A DNA stretch of 64,000 bases from Candidatus Latescibacterota bacterium. Lineage in GTDB: Bacteria > Latescibacterota > UBA2968 > UBA8231. Numbering within the stretch: position 1 is the first letter of the stretch; each line of letters starts with the position of its first letter. The position numbers and the translations under genes were made by a program. The stretch covers positions 3,392,001 to 3,456,000 of the forward strand of contig OZ242318.1 in assembly GCA_965208105.1 (NCBI GenBank), given 5' to 3'. Under the pieces are notes generated by a model. It was given only the letters and a program-made list of their open reading frames with translations, was not told the origin of the DNA and ran no database searches. Below, one piece after another: positions 52,635 through 62,309 of this stretch.

Positions 52635-52860
52635 AAAGAGGACTACTTCATTATTCGCACCCCGGCGAATCCGGCGCTGTGAAATTAGCCAGTAATCCGC
52701 CGATTATCAAGCCAGGTTGGGGCCATGGTTCTCTCCTGCGAGATCCACCTGAGGCGCGGGCAGCGCAGCGTTTTTTCTTCCTTCGGGCTTTTCGACGGCT
52801 CCGGCCGGCCGCGACACCTGAACCGAGAGTGTCACGGGGAGATAAAAACTTTTTGCCGCC

Positions 52861-53844
52861 TCAGCCCGAGACGGTCCTGATCAGGGCCTGCAGGTAGCCC
52901 ACGCTGTAGCAGTGGCTGTGGGGTCCCTCGCCGACGCCGCCGTCGCCCTCGAGTATGGGGCCGTGGGCAGGGAGCATGTAGCCCTTGAAATCGAGTTCCT
53001 TGAGGATGCGCATGACCTCGAGGAAGTCGCACTGGCCGTCTTCGAAGAAGCACTCGGTGAATCTTTCGGGCGTGCCGCGGACGGCCTGGAAGTGGATGTA
53101 GCATATCCGCCCGCGCTCGCCGAAATAGCGCAGGCCCTTTTCGAGTACTCCCGGCCCCATCAGGGCCCAGTTTCCCAGGCAGAATGTCAGCCCCCAGTTG
53201 GGACTGTCGGCGATCTCCATCGCCCGCCTGAAGGACTCGAAGCTCCGGAAGAGGCGGGGGATCCCCCCGAAGTGCGGTATGGGCGGGTCGTCCGGATGCA
53301 GGGAAAGGGTCACCCCGGCCTCCTCCGCCACCGGAATTATCGCCTTGATGAAGTACTCGTAGTTGCGCCACATTTCCTCTTCGCTGTACTCGCGGTCGCG
53401 AAATAAGGAGGCGTCGCGCACCAGGTCGAGATCGAAGGAGCGCACCAGGGCGCCCCCCCGGGTCCGCGTGGTGAGGGAGGTGCTGAAGACGGGGTTGGAG
53501 CCTGCGGCCTTCGGGGCAACCATCCAGTGATACCCGAAGTAGGGAATTCCGGCGCGGCCCAGATTGCGGATGGATGCGGCGATGGCGTCGATCTGCTGGT
53601 CGCGCCCGGGCAGGCCCAGGATGATGGGATCGTAGAAGCGCGTCCGGAAGCCGAGGTTCTCGGCCGCTACGAATTCGAGTCCGGCGTCCTCGCAGCGGCT
53701 GCGCAGGGCGACCAGATCGAGCAGGTTTATCGCCGATTCCCCCTCGCCGGGAGCGAGGGACCAGTATACCACCCCGGTTGCGCCGAGTTGCCTGACCAGT
53801 CTGAAGTGCTCCCGCTCCCTTACGTTCCAAAGGGCGATTCGCAT
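52861..53844 (-). CDS. uxuA: Mannonate dehydratase family protein
   Basis: IPVAEEAGV, LHPDDPP, GLTFCLG, FTECF. Confidence 0.85.
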   Translation of the reverse strand: MRIALWNVREREHFRLVRQLGATGVVYWSLAPGEGESAINLLDLVALRSRCEDAGLEFVAAENLGFRTRFYDPIILGLPGRDQQIDAIAASIRNLGRAGIPYFGYHWMVAPKAAGSNPVFSTSLTTRTRGGALVRSFDLDLVRDASLFRDREYSEEEMWRNYEYFIKAIIPVAEEAGVTLSLHPDDPPIPHFGGIPRLFRSFESFRRAMEIADSPNWGLTFCLGNWALMGPGVLEKGLRYFGERGRICYIHFQAVRGTPERFTECFFEDGQCDFLEVMRILKELDFKGYMLPAHGPILEGDGGVGEGPHSHCYSVGYLQALIRTVSG

Positions 53845-53876
53845 GAATGGGATTTCCTGAGGTTGAAACGGGTGCT

Positions 53877-54809
53877 TCAGCTCCGCACCCGGTCGATATG
53901 GGCCCGTACTCCCTCTTCCATCGAACGCAGGTCGAGGTTAAGCTCGTCGCGAATCCTGCTGTCGTCCATCCGGTATATGAAGGGCGACCGGGGCCGGTCC
54001 GCGCTGAAGGAAATGCGGGCATCGGGAACGATGCGTGACACGATTGCGGCCAGTTCGGAGGCCTGCACCGTGTGTCCGCCAGCGTTGTAGATGCGGTGAG
54101 CAAGGCTCGCCTTGGTGCAGAGGCGATAGATCTGCTCGGCCAGGTCTTCGACGTAGATGTAGCAATTGAAATCTTCCTCGGGAAAGGGCAAGGTCACGGG
54201 TTGCCCCCGGGCAGGCGAGGAAGCGAAATCGCTCGCCCAGACCGTAGTCCCGCGCTTGCGCCCGTGCCCGTAGACGATCGGAGCCCGGTGGGAGATGAAT
54301 ACCGTGCCGTGGCGCGCCTCGTATTTTGCGGCGAGGTGTTCGTTCAGGAGCTTGGTCAGGGAGTAGTTGAGCACGTGGTCCCGAGGCGGGCAGAAATCCT
54401 CCTCGGCCAGGGGACGGTCGCCGTAGTAGTCCTGGGTTTTTCCATATACCGACTCGGAACTTTGAAACAGGACGCGCTCGACCCCGATGGCGCCGGCCTG
54501 GGAGAAGACATGGGCGGTTCCCAGCCCGTTCACCCGCATGGCCTTCACGGGGTCCTCTTCCGCCTCGGCGCCCATGACGTAGGCAAGGTGTACGACCCGG
54601 TCGATGGGGGAATGGTCATGGAACAGGGATGCGACCTGCTCCTCGTCGCTCACGTCGCAGCGCGCCACGGTGACCTCGGGCGGGAAATTTGCGACGACCT
54701 CCTCGTCCGGTTCGAGATCGGCGCAGAGTACGCTCTGGCCGTGCTCCAGAAGGTTGCGAACGACGTACGAGCCGATGAAGCCGGTTCCACCGGTAATCAG
54801 GAAGTTCAC
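53877..54809 (-). CDS. NAD-dependent epimerase/dehydratase
   Basis: TGGTGFIG, VVHLA, YSLTK; GTG start at VNFLIT. Confidence 0.88.
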   Translation of the reverse strand: MNFLITGGTGFIGSYVVRNLLEHGQSVLCADLEPDEEVVANFPPEVTVARCDVSDEEQVASLFHDHSPIDRVVHLAYVMGAEAEEDPVKAMRVNGLGTAHVFSQAGAIGVERVLFQSSESVYGKTQDYYGDRPLAEEDFCPPRDHVLNYSLTKLLNEHLAAKYEARHGTVFISHRAPIVYGHGRKRGTTVWASDFASSPARGQPVTLPFPEEDFNCYIYVEDLAEQIYRLCTKASLAHRIYNAGGHTVQASELAAIVSRIVPDARISFSADRPRSPFIYRMDDSRIRDELNLDLRSMEEGVRAHIDRVRS

Positions 54810-54967
54810 TGAAGACCTGTCTTTTTTTGGTTGCGGCGAGAAGGCACCGCCGGGAGGATGGAAAAATTCAATAAACCGATGCTCAGACAGCAAGTCAAGG
54901 GGCCATGACCGCTGCGAAAGAGATATTGGACCCGTTCCGTGAAGGGTCGGGAATGGGCTTCGGCAGT

Positions 54968-55002
54968 AAAAAAACCGGGCGCACCCGCAGGCGCGCCCGG
55001 TT
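54968..55002 (-). terminator. Intrinsic terminator
   Basis: aaccgggcgcgcc-tgcg-ggtgcgcccggtt stem running into a U7 tract on the minus strand. Confidence 0.85.
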
Positions 55003-55070
55003 AGCAATCAGGACGGCGGCCCGTAAAGGCCGGACGTCCCACCCCAGGTGGCGATCACCTGGATGTTGCT

Positions 55071-55109
55071 TCAGGTGATCCACCTCCCTGTGGTTGATTG
55101 ACTACTCAA
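55071..55109 (-). CDS. 12-aa small ORF MSSQSTTGRWIT
   Basis: TTG 7 nt after GGAGG within an exceptionally long SD; TGA at 55073-55071. Confidence 0.5.
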   Translation of the reverse strand: MSSQSTTGRWIT

Positions 55110-55417
55110 TGGACCACCTCCTTTCTGTTGGGCAGGGGACGCGTGTTCAATCCGCTGCGCGTTGCGGTTGATTTACCTGCGGCCGTGGCCGCAGGGCGGT
55201 ACCATGTACCCGAAAATTTTAATGGAATATAGGTATTTCCCGGACCGGAATGCAATGGGTTTTTCATCTCCGGCCGCGAGAACTTCCTGTCGAATTTGAT
55301 CTCGAGGAGATTGACCCGAAATCGAGGCAGTGCAAACTTGATGGGTCCGGTCCCGGGATTTACCTTCACACCGATTCTGTTGCGGGAATCGTCACCAGGC
55401 ACTGAAAGGACCAGATC

Positions 55418-56779
55418 ATGTCCACTCCGGAGCGTCTTCTGGACGACGCGGGCATGCGCGACTTCATCGTCAAGGGCTATCACAGCTTCAAGCTCGACCT
55501 TCCCCCCGATTACCATGCATTCATCCACCGCCGCACGGAGGAGGTGTTCGCCGCGCAGGGGAATCCGGGAAACAACCTTCTTCCCCTGATCCCGGAACTC
55601 CAGCAGGTCCTCGATCATCCCCGGGTGCACGGAACCCTGGCCAGCATTCTGGGCCCGGAATACTCTACCCACCCGCACCGTCACTGCCATCTGAATTCTC
55701 CCGGAAGCGAGGGCCAGGTCCTCCACAAGGATGCCCGCTCCACCTGCCATCACCGCACCCGCGACGCCATGGTGATGTACTATCCCCAGGACGTCACCGC
55801 GGATATGGGGCCTACCAGCATCGTTTCGGAGAGCCAGTACCATCAGACCAGCCTCGATGGTCCGCTGGGACCCGAACGGCCCATGTGCGGAGAGGCCGGC
55901 ACGGTGACCATCCTCCACTATGATCTCTGGCACCGGGCCATGCCCAACCACAGCTCGAAGAAGCGGTTCATGATGAAATTCCTCTTCACCCGTCTCGAGG
56001 AGCCGAGTGCCCCGAGTTGGGACTCGGCAGCGGCAGAATGGCCCACCGGGGAAGATGGGCGCCAGGCCATGTGGGAGAGTATGTGGCGTTGGTACAGGGG
56101 AGGGCGGGACTGCCGCCCAATGGAGGCCGTGCCGCAGGAGGACATGCCGGTTCAGATGGGGTTGCTCCGGGACGAATCCGAAGCGGTGCGGCTGCAGGCC
56201 GCCTATGCCCTGGGCACCCTGGGCACTCCTGCAGTGCCGGGTTTGATCGCAGCCTTGCGGGCCGAGTCCGCAGAGCTGCGCCTGAGCGCCAGTCACGCCC
56301 TGTGTGCCATGGGGGAACCCGCGGTGGCTGACCTCATGGAAGCCTCGTCGGATTCCAGGGAAGAGGTCCGGGTGCAGGCGATCGACACCCTGGGCAACAT
56401 GGGCAGGACGGCGCGGGAAAGCGTCCATGTCCTTGCCCGGGCGTTGAACGATCCCTCGGTGGAGGTGCGCCGCCGGGCAGCCGGCGCCCTGGGAACGATG
56501 AACGGAGCGGCTGCTGCTGCGGTGTTGCCGGCGTTGATCGGCGCTCTGGCAGACGAGGACAGCGGGGTGCGCGGCAGCACTTCCCTGACCCTGGCGCGCA
56601 TGGGGCCGGCGGCGGGAGATGCACTCCCCGCGCTGAAAGCTGCGCTGAACGACCAGGATTGGTACGTGCGCGGCAATGCGGCCGAGACCCTGGCGCGCCT
56701 GGGAACGGCCGAAGCGCGCGAGGTTCTCCTCAAGTTCCTGCGCACCTCCAGGTGGTGCCCCCTGGACGCCCGAGGCTGA
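55418..56779 (+). CDS. Phytanoyl-CoA dioxygenase-family domain fused to HEAT repeats
   Basis: LHKD and LWHRA iron triad; repeated VRxxAAxALG HEAT units. Confidence 0.85.
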   Translation: MSTPERLLDDAGMRDFIVKGYHSFKLDLPPDYHAFIHRRTEEVFAAQGNPGNNLLPLIPELQQVLDHPRVHGTLASILGPEYSTHPHRHCHLNSPGSEGQVLHKDARSTCHHRTRDAMVMYYPQDVTADMGPTSIVSESQYHQTSLDGPLGPERPMCGEAGTVTILHYDLWHRAMPNHSSKKRFMMKFLFTRLEEPSAPSWDSAAAEWPTGEDGRQAMWESMWRWYRGGRDCRPMEAVPQEDMPVQMGLLRDESEAVRLQAAYALGTLGTPAVPGLIAALRAESAELRLSASHALCAMGEPAVADLMEASSDSREEVRVQAIDTLGNMGRTARESVHVLARALNDPSVEVRRRAAGALGTMNGAAAAAVLPALIGALADEDSGVRGSTSLTLARMGPAAGDALPALKAALNDQDWYVRGNAAETLARLGTAEAREVLLKFLRTSRWCPLDARG

Positions 56780-56902
56780 TCCGGATTACCCCGGGTTTTC
56801 GTCCCGCTGCCTCATGGTTCGCCGGTCGGCCTGTGGTTATATTATCCGATTCGCCGCTTCATCCACAGTATGTCTCCCCTGCCTTGAAAGATTCCCTCAT
56901 CC

Positions 56903-58116
56903 ATGCCGAACAATGAAAACCTTCTGCTCGTCGGTGGAGGCATCGTAGGCCTGGCGACCGCCTACAAGATGCTCCTGGCATACCCCGGTGTCGGGGTCTG
57001 TGTCCTGGAAAAGGAAGAGGGGGTGGGAATGCACCAGAGCAGCCACAACAGCGGGGTCCTTCACGCCGGGCTCTACTACAAACCCGGCTCCCTCAAGGCG
57101 CACCTGGCTGTGGCGGGCATAAAGGAAATGGTGCGGTTCTGCGCCCGGTTCGACATCGACCACGAAGTCTGCGGAAAACTCGTGGTCGCCACCAGTGGGC
57201 AGGAGAAAGGGCGCCTGGGGGAATTGCTCGAAAGGGGACGCCGGAACGGCCTGAAGGGCCTGCGGCTGCTGGGGCGCTCCGAGATGCTGGAGATCGAACC
57301 CCACGTCGGCGGCCTCGCCGCCTTGCATGTCCCCGAAGAGGGAATCGTAGATTATCCGGCCGTCTGCAAAACCCTGGCGGCACAGATCGAAAAGCTCGGA
57401 GGGCGCATAGTAACAGGGGCTCGCGTCATCGGGCTCCACGGAGAAGACTCCGAATGGACCGCCGCTACCACGGCCGGCGACTTCAGAGGCGGCTACCTCG
57501 TGAACTGCGCCGGCCTGTATTCGGACCGGGTCAGCCAGCTGGCGGGAGAGCGTCGCGATGTCCGCATTGTTCCCTTCCGTGGGGAATACTTCGAACTCAA
57601 GGCCGAGCGCCGGTATCTGGTGAAGAACCTGATCTATCCGGTGAACGACCCCAAGTATCCATTTCTGGGGGTGCACTGCACCCGTTTGATTCAGGGCGGC
57701 ATCGAAGTGGGTCCCAACGCGGTCCTTGCGTTTGCGCGGGAGGGATATTCGAAGGTGGACGTGAACGTCGCCGAACTGCTCGATGCTCTCACCTTTTCCG
57801 GATTCTGGAAGTTCATCCTCGCCCATCCAGGGATGTGTGCACGCGAGCTGGGCCTTTCCCTCAGCAAGAAGCGATTTTGCCGGGCGCTGCGGAAACTCGT
57901 TCCCGAACTTCAGCCTGAAGATCTCGAAGCGGGTCACTCCGGCGTTCGCGCCCAGGCCATGTCACCTGCCGGCCAGCTTCTGCAGGACTTCTCCATATGC
58001 GAGCGCTCCCGCGCCCTGCATCTGTTGAACGCCCCTTCCCCGCGGCCACGGCCGCCCTGGCCATCGGTCAGGAGGTGGCGGCGAGGGCGGGACGGCTCTT
58101 TCAGCTGAGGTCGTGA
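56903..58116 (+). CDS. lhgO: L-2-hydroxyglutarate oxidase; 1-nt frameshift near the 3' end
   Basis: GGGIVGLA, HQSSHNSGVLHAG, PFLGVH, GVRAQA, NAPSP; conserved AATAALAIG continues in another frame to TGA 58116. Confidence 0.88.
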
Positions 58117-59024
58117 TTGGAAGCTGCCCCGGGGTCGAGCAGATGGCGCAGTGCAGGCTCGAGATGGGCATGGCGGAATTCGAAGCCTGCATCGAGCAGG
58201 CGCGACGGCTGCACCCGCGCGCTGGCCAGCGCCACGGAGGCCATCTCGCCCAGAGCCAGACGGACCACCGCCCCGGGCAGCGGCAGCACGGTCGGGCGTC
58301 CCAGCACCCTTCCCAGGGTCCGGGTGAATTCCGCATTGGTCACGGGATGGGGCGACACCAGGTTGACCGCTCCCTCCAGGCTCCGGGCGACCAGGGCGTG
58401 GAGCAGGGCCCGAACCGCATCATCCAGGGCAATCCAGCTGATGAACTGCCTTCCGCTTCCGAGCCTGCCGCCAAGGCCCAACTTGAACGGCAGCAGCATC
58501 TTGGCAAGCGGACCCCCCTCCGGACCGAGGACCATGCCCGTGCGCACCTGCACCACGCGAATTCCCTTCTCCGCCGCCGCCCGCGAAGCTTCTTCCCACT
58601 GTCGGCAGAGCTGCGCCAAAAACCCAGTGCCAGGTTCGCTCGTCTCCCGCAGGACTTCGTCGCCGCGGTCCCCGTAGTATCCTATCGCAGAGGCGCAGAC
58701 CAGCACCCGGGGTGGATGGGACAGCCGTCCAAGGGCCGAACAGAGAACCTCGGTTCCCTTTACCCGGCTGTCCCGGATGCGTTCCTTCTGCCTGGCGGTC
58801 CAGCGGCGGGCGACCAGATTCTCCCCCGCAAGATGCACCACGGCATCGAGGTCCCCCAAACCGGATGGATCGATCTTCCCACCCTGGGGGTTCCAGCGGA
58901 CCTCTGCGGTACCCGGACGCGGTTCGGAGCGCACCAGGCGGACGATGTCATGTCCCTGGCTGCCGAGCAGCCTGACCAGGGCCGAGCCGATAAACCCTCG
59001 AGACCCAGTAACGAGAACCTTCAT
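58101..59024 (-). CDS. TIGR01777 family NAD-dependent oxidoreductase
   Basis: TGSRGFIG, HLAGEN, ASAIGYYG, CRQWE, LGSGRQ; start at MKVLVTG. Confidence 0.92.
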   Translation of the reverse strand: MKVLVTGSRGFIGSALVRLLGSQGHDIVRLVRSEPRPGTAEVRWNPQGGKIDPSGLGDLDAVVHLAGENLVARRWTARQKERIRDSRVKGTEVLCSALGRLSHPPRVLVCASAIGYYGDRGDEVLRETSEPGTGFLAQLCRQWEEASRAAAEKGIRVVQVRTGMVLGPEGGPLAKMLLPFKLGLGGRLGSGRQFISWIALDDAVRALLHALVARSLEGAVNLVSPHPVTNAEFTRTLGRVLGRPTVLPLPGAVVRLALGEMASVALASARVQPSRLLDAGFEFRHAHLEPALRHLLDPGAASNHDLS

Positions 59025-59203
59025 TGATCCGGAATGGGCTGTGAGCCGGAGATGCGGTTGTCTGCCCCTGGCCGGCATGGGCGGGCAACCGTGAGGGAGC
59101 ACAATAGACTAACCGCCCCTGCCGGCCAGGTCAAAACGACCTGTAGTCTGCGCCGTTGGATCAGGCGGAAATGCGATCCCTCCAGCTTTCCCCGGCGGGC
59201 GGC

Positions 59204-59251
59204 AACAAAATATTGCGGCGCACCCCTGAAGATGCGCCGCAATATTTTGTT
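59204..59251. terminator. 19-bp perfect inverted repeat downstream of csp (bidirectional terminator-like)
   Basis: aacaaaatattgcggcgca-N10-tgcgccgcaatattttgtt. Confidence 0.8.
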
Positions 59252-59269
59252 CGGTCTCTGTGGCCTGAG

Positions 59270-59482
59270 TCAGCTCAGGGGAACCACGTCTTGAGCCTGA
59301 GGACCTTTTTCTCCTTGCACCACCTCGAATTCCACCTGCTGTCCCTCTTCCAGCGTTCGAAACCCCTCGGCGCGAATGGAACTGTAGTGAACGAAGACAT
59401 CGTCCGCACCTTCGCGCGCGATAAAGCCGAATCCCTTGGCATTGTCGAACCACTTGACCGTGCCGCTTTCGCGCTCTGCCAT
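59270..59482 (-). CDS. Cold-shock protein
   Basis: GTVKWF, KGFGFI (RNP1), VFVH (RNP2), KGPQA. Confidence 0.97.
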   Translation of the reverse strand: MAERESGTVKWFDNAKGFGFIAREGADDVFVHYSSIRAEGFRTLEEGQQVEFEVVQGEKGPQAQDVVPLS

Positions 59483-59652
59483 ATGCGAATCACCTCCTTC
59501 TAACTTGGATTAAGTTGGTACAGAGCGTTCCAGACCGGCCTCAGGTAGAACGACTACTTGAATCAGAACAGAACGACTGCCAACAAAACGAAACGTGTCC
59601 GGGCGGTGGCGAGAGCCCCCAGCGCTGGTTGTCCTGCACCGCCAATCGTTAA

Positions 59653-59681
59653 TTTATACCAGAAACGTAAGATATATGTAA
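59653..59681 (-). promoter_or_regulatory. Candidate csp promoter giving a ~165-nt 5' UTR
   Basis: TTACAT-N17-TATAAA with TG extension, in an AT-rich tract. Confidence 0.5.
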
Positions 59682-59795
59682 TGATAAAAAAGCCAAAAGT
59701 CAAAGTTCTCTTGCATGGTCTCGGGCTTTTGCTTAGTGCTATTAGGACTGTCTTGCTGAAATAACTGAACTAACGTGCAGTAGAAAGGAAGAACA

Positions 59796-60557
59796 ATGGA
59801 CTGGAAAGAGGAGGCCGGGAGGCTCAAGCGGGAATTCGACCGCGATGGCTACGTCGTATTGCGCGGGTTTTTCAGCCCCGAAGAGGTAAGGGAAGCCAAC
59901 CACGAGGTTGAACGCTATATCGCCGAGGTTCTCCCCGGACAGCCGCAGGAGGCAGCATTTTACGAGGTAAAGAACGACCCCAGTACTATTATGCGGCTGC
60001 AGGGCATGGACGAGCACGCGGAATATTTCAGGAAGCTCAACTACGGCGAACGCTTCGTCGGGCTGGCCGAACTGCTGCTGGACGACGAAGTGGTGGTCAA
60101 GACGGTGCAGTGGTTTACCAAGCCTGCCCGGGTCGGCAAGGAAACTCCGCCGCACCAGGACGGGTTCTACTTCAAGCTGGAACCCAGCGAGGCCCTGACC
60201 CTGTGGCTGGCACTGGACGTCGTCAACGAGGAGAACGGCTGCGTGCGCTTTGTGCGCGGTTCCCACCGGCGCGGCATGCGGCCGCACCAGCTCTCCAATG
60301 TGCTGGGTTTTTCTCAGGGAATCGTGGACTACGGGGACGCCGACAACGCCGCCGAAGTGGCCATTCATGCAGACCCGGGAGATTTGAGCGTGCATCACTG
60401 CATGACCATCCACCGGGCCGATGCCAATCCCAGCGAGCGTCCGCGCCGCGCCCTCGGCTTCGTCTACTATGCCAAAAGGGCCGCCTCGGATCCCGAGCGC
60501 CGCGAAGCTTACCAGAAGGCCATTATGGAAAAGTGGTCCAATGAGGGAAAGATCTGA
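59796..60557 (+). CDS. Phytanoyl-CoA dioxygenase family protein
   Basis: TPPHQD, WLALD, ENGC, GSH, TIHRADAN. Confidence 0.92.
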   Translation: MDWKEEAGRLKREFDRDGYVVLRGFFSPEEVREANHEVERYIAEVLPGQPQEAAFYEVKNDPSTIMRLQGMDEHAEYFRKLNYGERFVGLAELLLDDEVVVKTVQWFTKPARVGKETPPHQDGFYFKLEPSEALTLWLALDVVNEENGCVRFVRGSHRRGMRPHQLSNVLGFSQGIVDYGDADNAAEVAIHADPGDLSVHHCMTIHRADANPSERPRRALGFVYYAKRAASDPERREAYQKAIMEKWSNEGKI

Positions 60558-60566
60558 GCCTGGACC

Positions 60567-61421
60567 TCACTCCGAGGCGCGGGGCAGCCCCAGCTCGGTC
60601 AAAAACGCCGCCACTCCCTCGCTGTATAGTTTCTCCGAGGTCTCAAACCCGATGGCGTGGTCGCCGCTGATCTCGAGGAATTCCTTGGGCTCGGCTGCAG
60701 CTTCGTAGAGCCTCCTGCCGTGTTCGAAGGAGATCAGCCTGTCCCCCCGGCTGTGCACCACCAGCAATGGACAGGATTTTCGAGAAACATACTCGAGGGT
60801 GTCGTAGTCATAGCGGGCAAGCAGCCGGATCGGGAACAGGGGGTAGAGTTCCTGGCCAAGTTCCGGAATGGAGGTGAAGGTTGCCTCCAGCAGGAGGCCG
60901 GCGGGTTGCCGCCGCGAGGCGAGCCAGGCCGCCATGGGACCCCCGAGCGAGCGCCCGCAGACGACGATCCGGCTGGCATCCAGCCCGCGCTCCCGCACCA
61001 GGTAGTTCCATGCCGCCTCCGTATCCAGGTAGGTCCCCCGCTCCCCGGGCGTCCCTCCGCTCATTCCGTAGCCGCGGTAGTCGAAGACCAGCACGTTGAG
61101 TCCGAGGTCGTTGAATACCTCCACGGGAGGAAGGTAGTAGGAAATGTTCCCTCCCTTGCCGTGGCAGAACAGAACCGTCCACTCCGCCTGCCCGGAGGGC
61201 ACCCACCACCCGGACAGTCTCGTCCCGTCCGCGCTTGCAAAGGAAACCTCCTCGAATTGAAGCCCCGAGGACGCCGGGGTGGCGATGATTTCCCGCCGGG
61301 GCGCGTAGATCAGATGGGATTGAAAGATATAGAGCAGGCCTCCCAGGACGACGTAACCGACCACGGCGATCACCGCGACCATCGCCACCGTGCGGCCGAT
61401 GTCAAAGCCAAAAGGACTCAT
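60567..61421 (-). CDS. Membrane-anchored alpha/beta hydrolase
   Basis: N-terminal TM, FDYRGYG, GRSLGG, D and H triad residues. Confidence 0.9.
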   Translation of the reverse strand: MSPFGFDIGRTVAMVAVIAVVGYVVLGGLLYIFQSHLIYAPRREIIATPASSGLQFEEVSFASADGTRLSGWWVPSGQAEWTVLFCHGKGGNISYYLPPVEVFNDLGLNVLVFDYRGYGMSGGTPGERGTYLDTEAAWNYLVRERGLDASRIVVCGRSLGGPMAAWLASRRQPAGLLLEATFTSIPELGQELYPLFPIRLLARYDYDTLEYVSRKSCPLLVVHSRGDRLISFEHGRRLYEAAAEPKEFLEISGDHAIGFETSEKLYSEGVAAFLTELGLPRASE

Positions 61422-61449
61422 ACCGGTCCCTCCATTCGTGGTTAGCCCA

Positions 61450-62157
61450 TTATTTCGAAATGACTCCGCGCGCCGAGAGAAACTGTTTCTCCAGGAACTC
61501 CGCCCCCCGGACGGTGTTTTTGTACCAATGAAGGCGCAGATCCAGCTTTTCTTCTTCCGTCAGCCTCCATGCCGCCCCTGACCTGCGGACCTTGCGCACG
61601 AGCTCTCGAAGCACGAGTGCAGCGCTCACCGAAACATTGAAGCTCTCCGTGAACCCGTACATGGGAATCGTCGCGGTCTCGTCAGCTTCTTCCAGTATGC
61701 TCCGGGTCAGGCCCGATTCCTCCGCGCCGAAAACCAGGGCGGTCCTGCATTCCACCTCCAGGTCCTCCAGGCTGCCGGCCGCCCCGTGCGGGGTTGTGGC
61801 AACCAGGCGATACCCGCGCGCCCGCAGCGCAGACATGCATGCCCGCGCGTTGTCCGCCCCGGGATCGCCGTAGCGCGTCAGCGTCAGCCACCTGGAAGCG
61901 CCCACGTCCACATCGGGATTGATCCTGCCGGTGTTTCCGCTCTCGATGATGTGGGCATCCTGGACCCCGAAGCACTCGCATGAGCGCAGTACCGCGCTGG
62001 TATTGTGGGGCTGGTAGACCTCCTCCAGGACCACGGTCAGATGGCGGGTCCTGTTCTGCAGAACCCGCTCTATCCGTTTCCTTCTCCTTGCCGTGACGAA
62101 AGCGGAGAAATATTCGGCCAACTCTATTTTCAGCGCCTGGTCCACCTCTTCATCCAT
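61450..62157 (-). CDS. TrmH family (SPOUT) RNA methyltransferase
   Basis: HNTSAVLRSC, VFGAEESG, IPMYGFTESFNVSV. Confidence 0.92.
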   Translation of the reverse strand: MDEEVDQALKIELAEYFSAFVTARRRKRIERVLQNRTRHLTVVLEEVYQPHNTSAVLRSCECFGVQDAHIIESGNTGRINPDVDVGASRWLTLTRYGDPGADNARACMSALRARGYRLVATTPHGAAGSLEDLEVECRTALVFGAEESGLTRSILEEADETATIPMYGFTESFNVSVSAALVLRELVRKVRRSGAAWRLTEEEKLDLRLHWYKNTVRGAEFLEKQFLSARGVISK

Positions 62158-62309
62158 ATTTATTACAGCAATCTGTCACCAGCAGCGGTAGGGCACCGTC
62201 CGGTTTCTCGAAGGGGTCTCCACTGCCCGGGACTGGCGGTCCGGGCGGTTCCGGGAGCATCGCCCCCTGAAACCATGCCGCGTCACGAGGTGGGACCTCT
62301 TTCCGGCAG

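Larger units (their letters stand above)
54968..55219 (-). ncRNA. Putative structured RNA with 16S-tail-complementary segment
   Basis: Promoter TTGCAT-N18-TATATT (55255-55226), several hairpins, terminator; AGAAAGGAGGTGGTCCA at 55126-55110. Confidence 0.6.

Noticed and set aside
55110-55126. Possible 16S rRNA gene remnant on the plus strand
   Set aside because: Similarity is limited to 17 nt with no flanking helix-45 sequence, and promoter, ORF and terminator all point to the minus strand.
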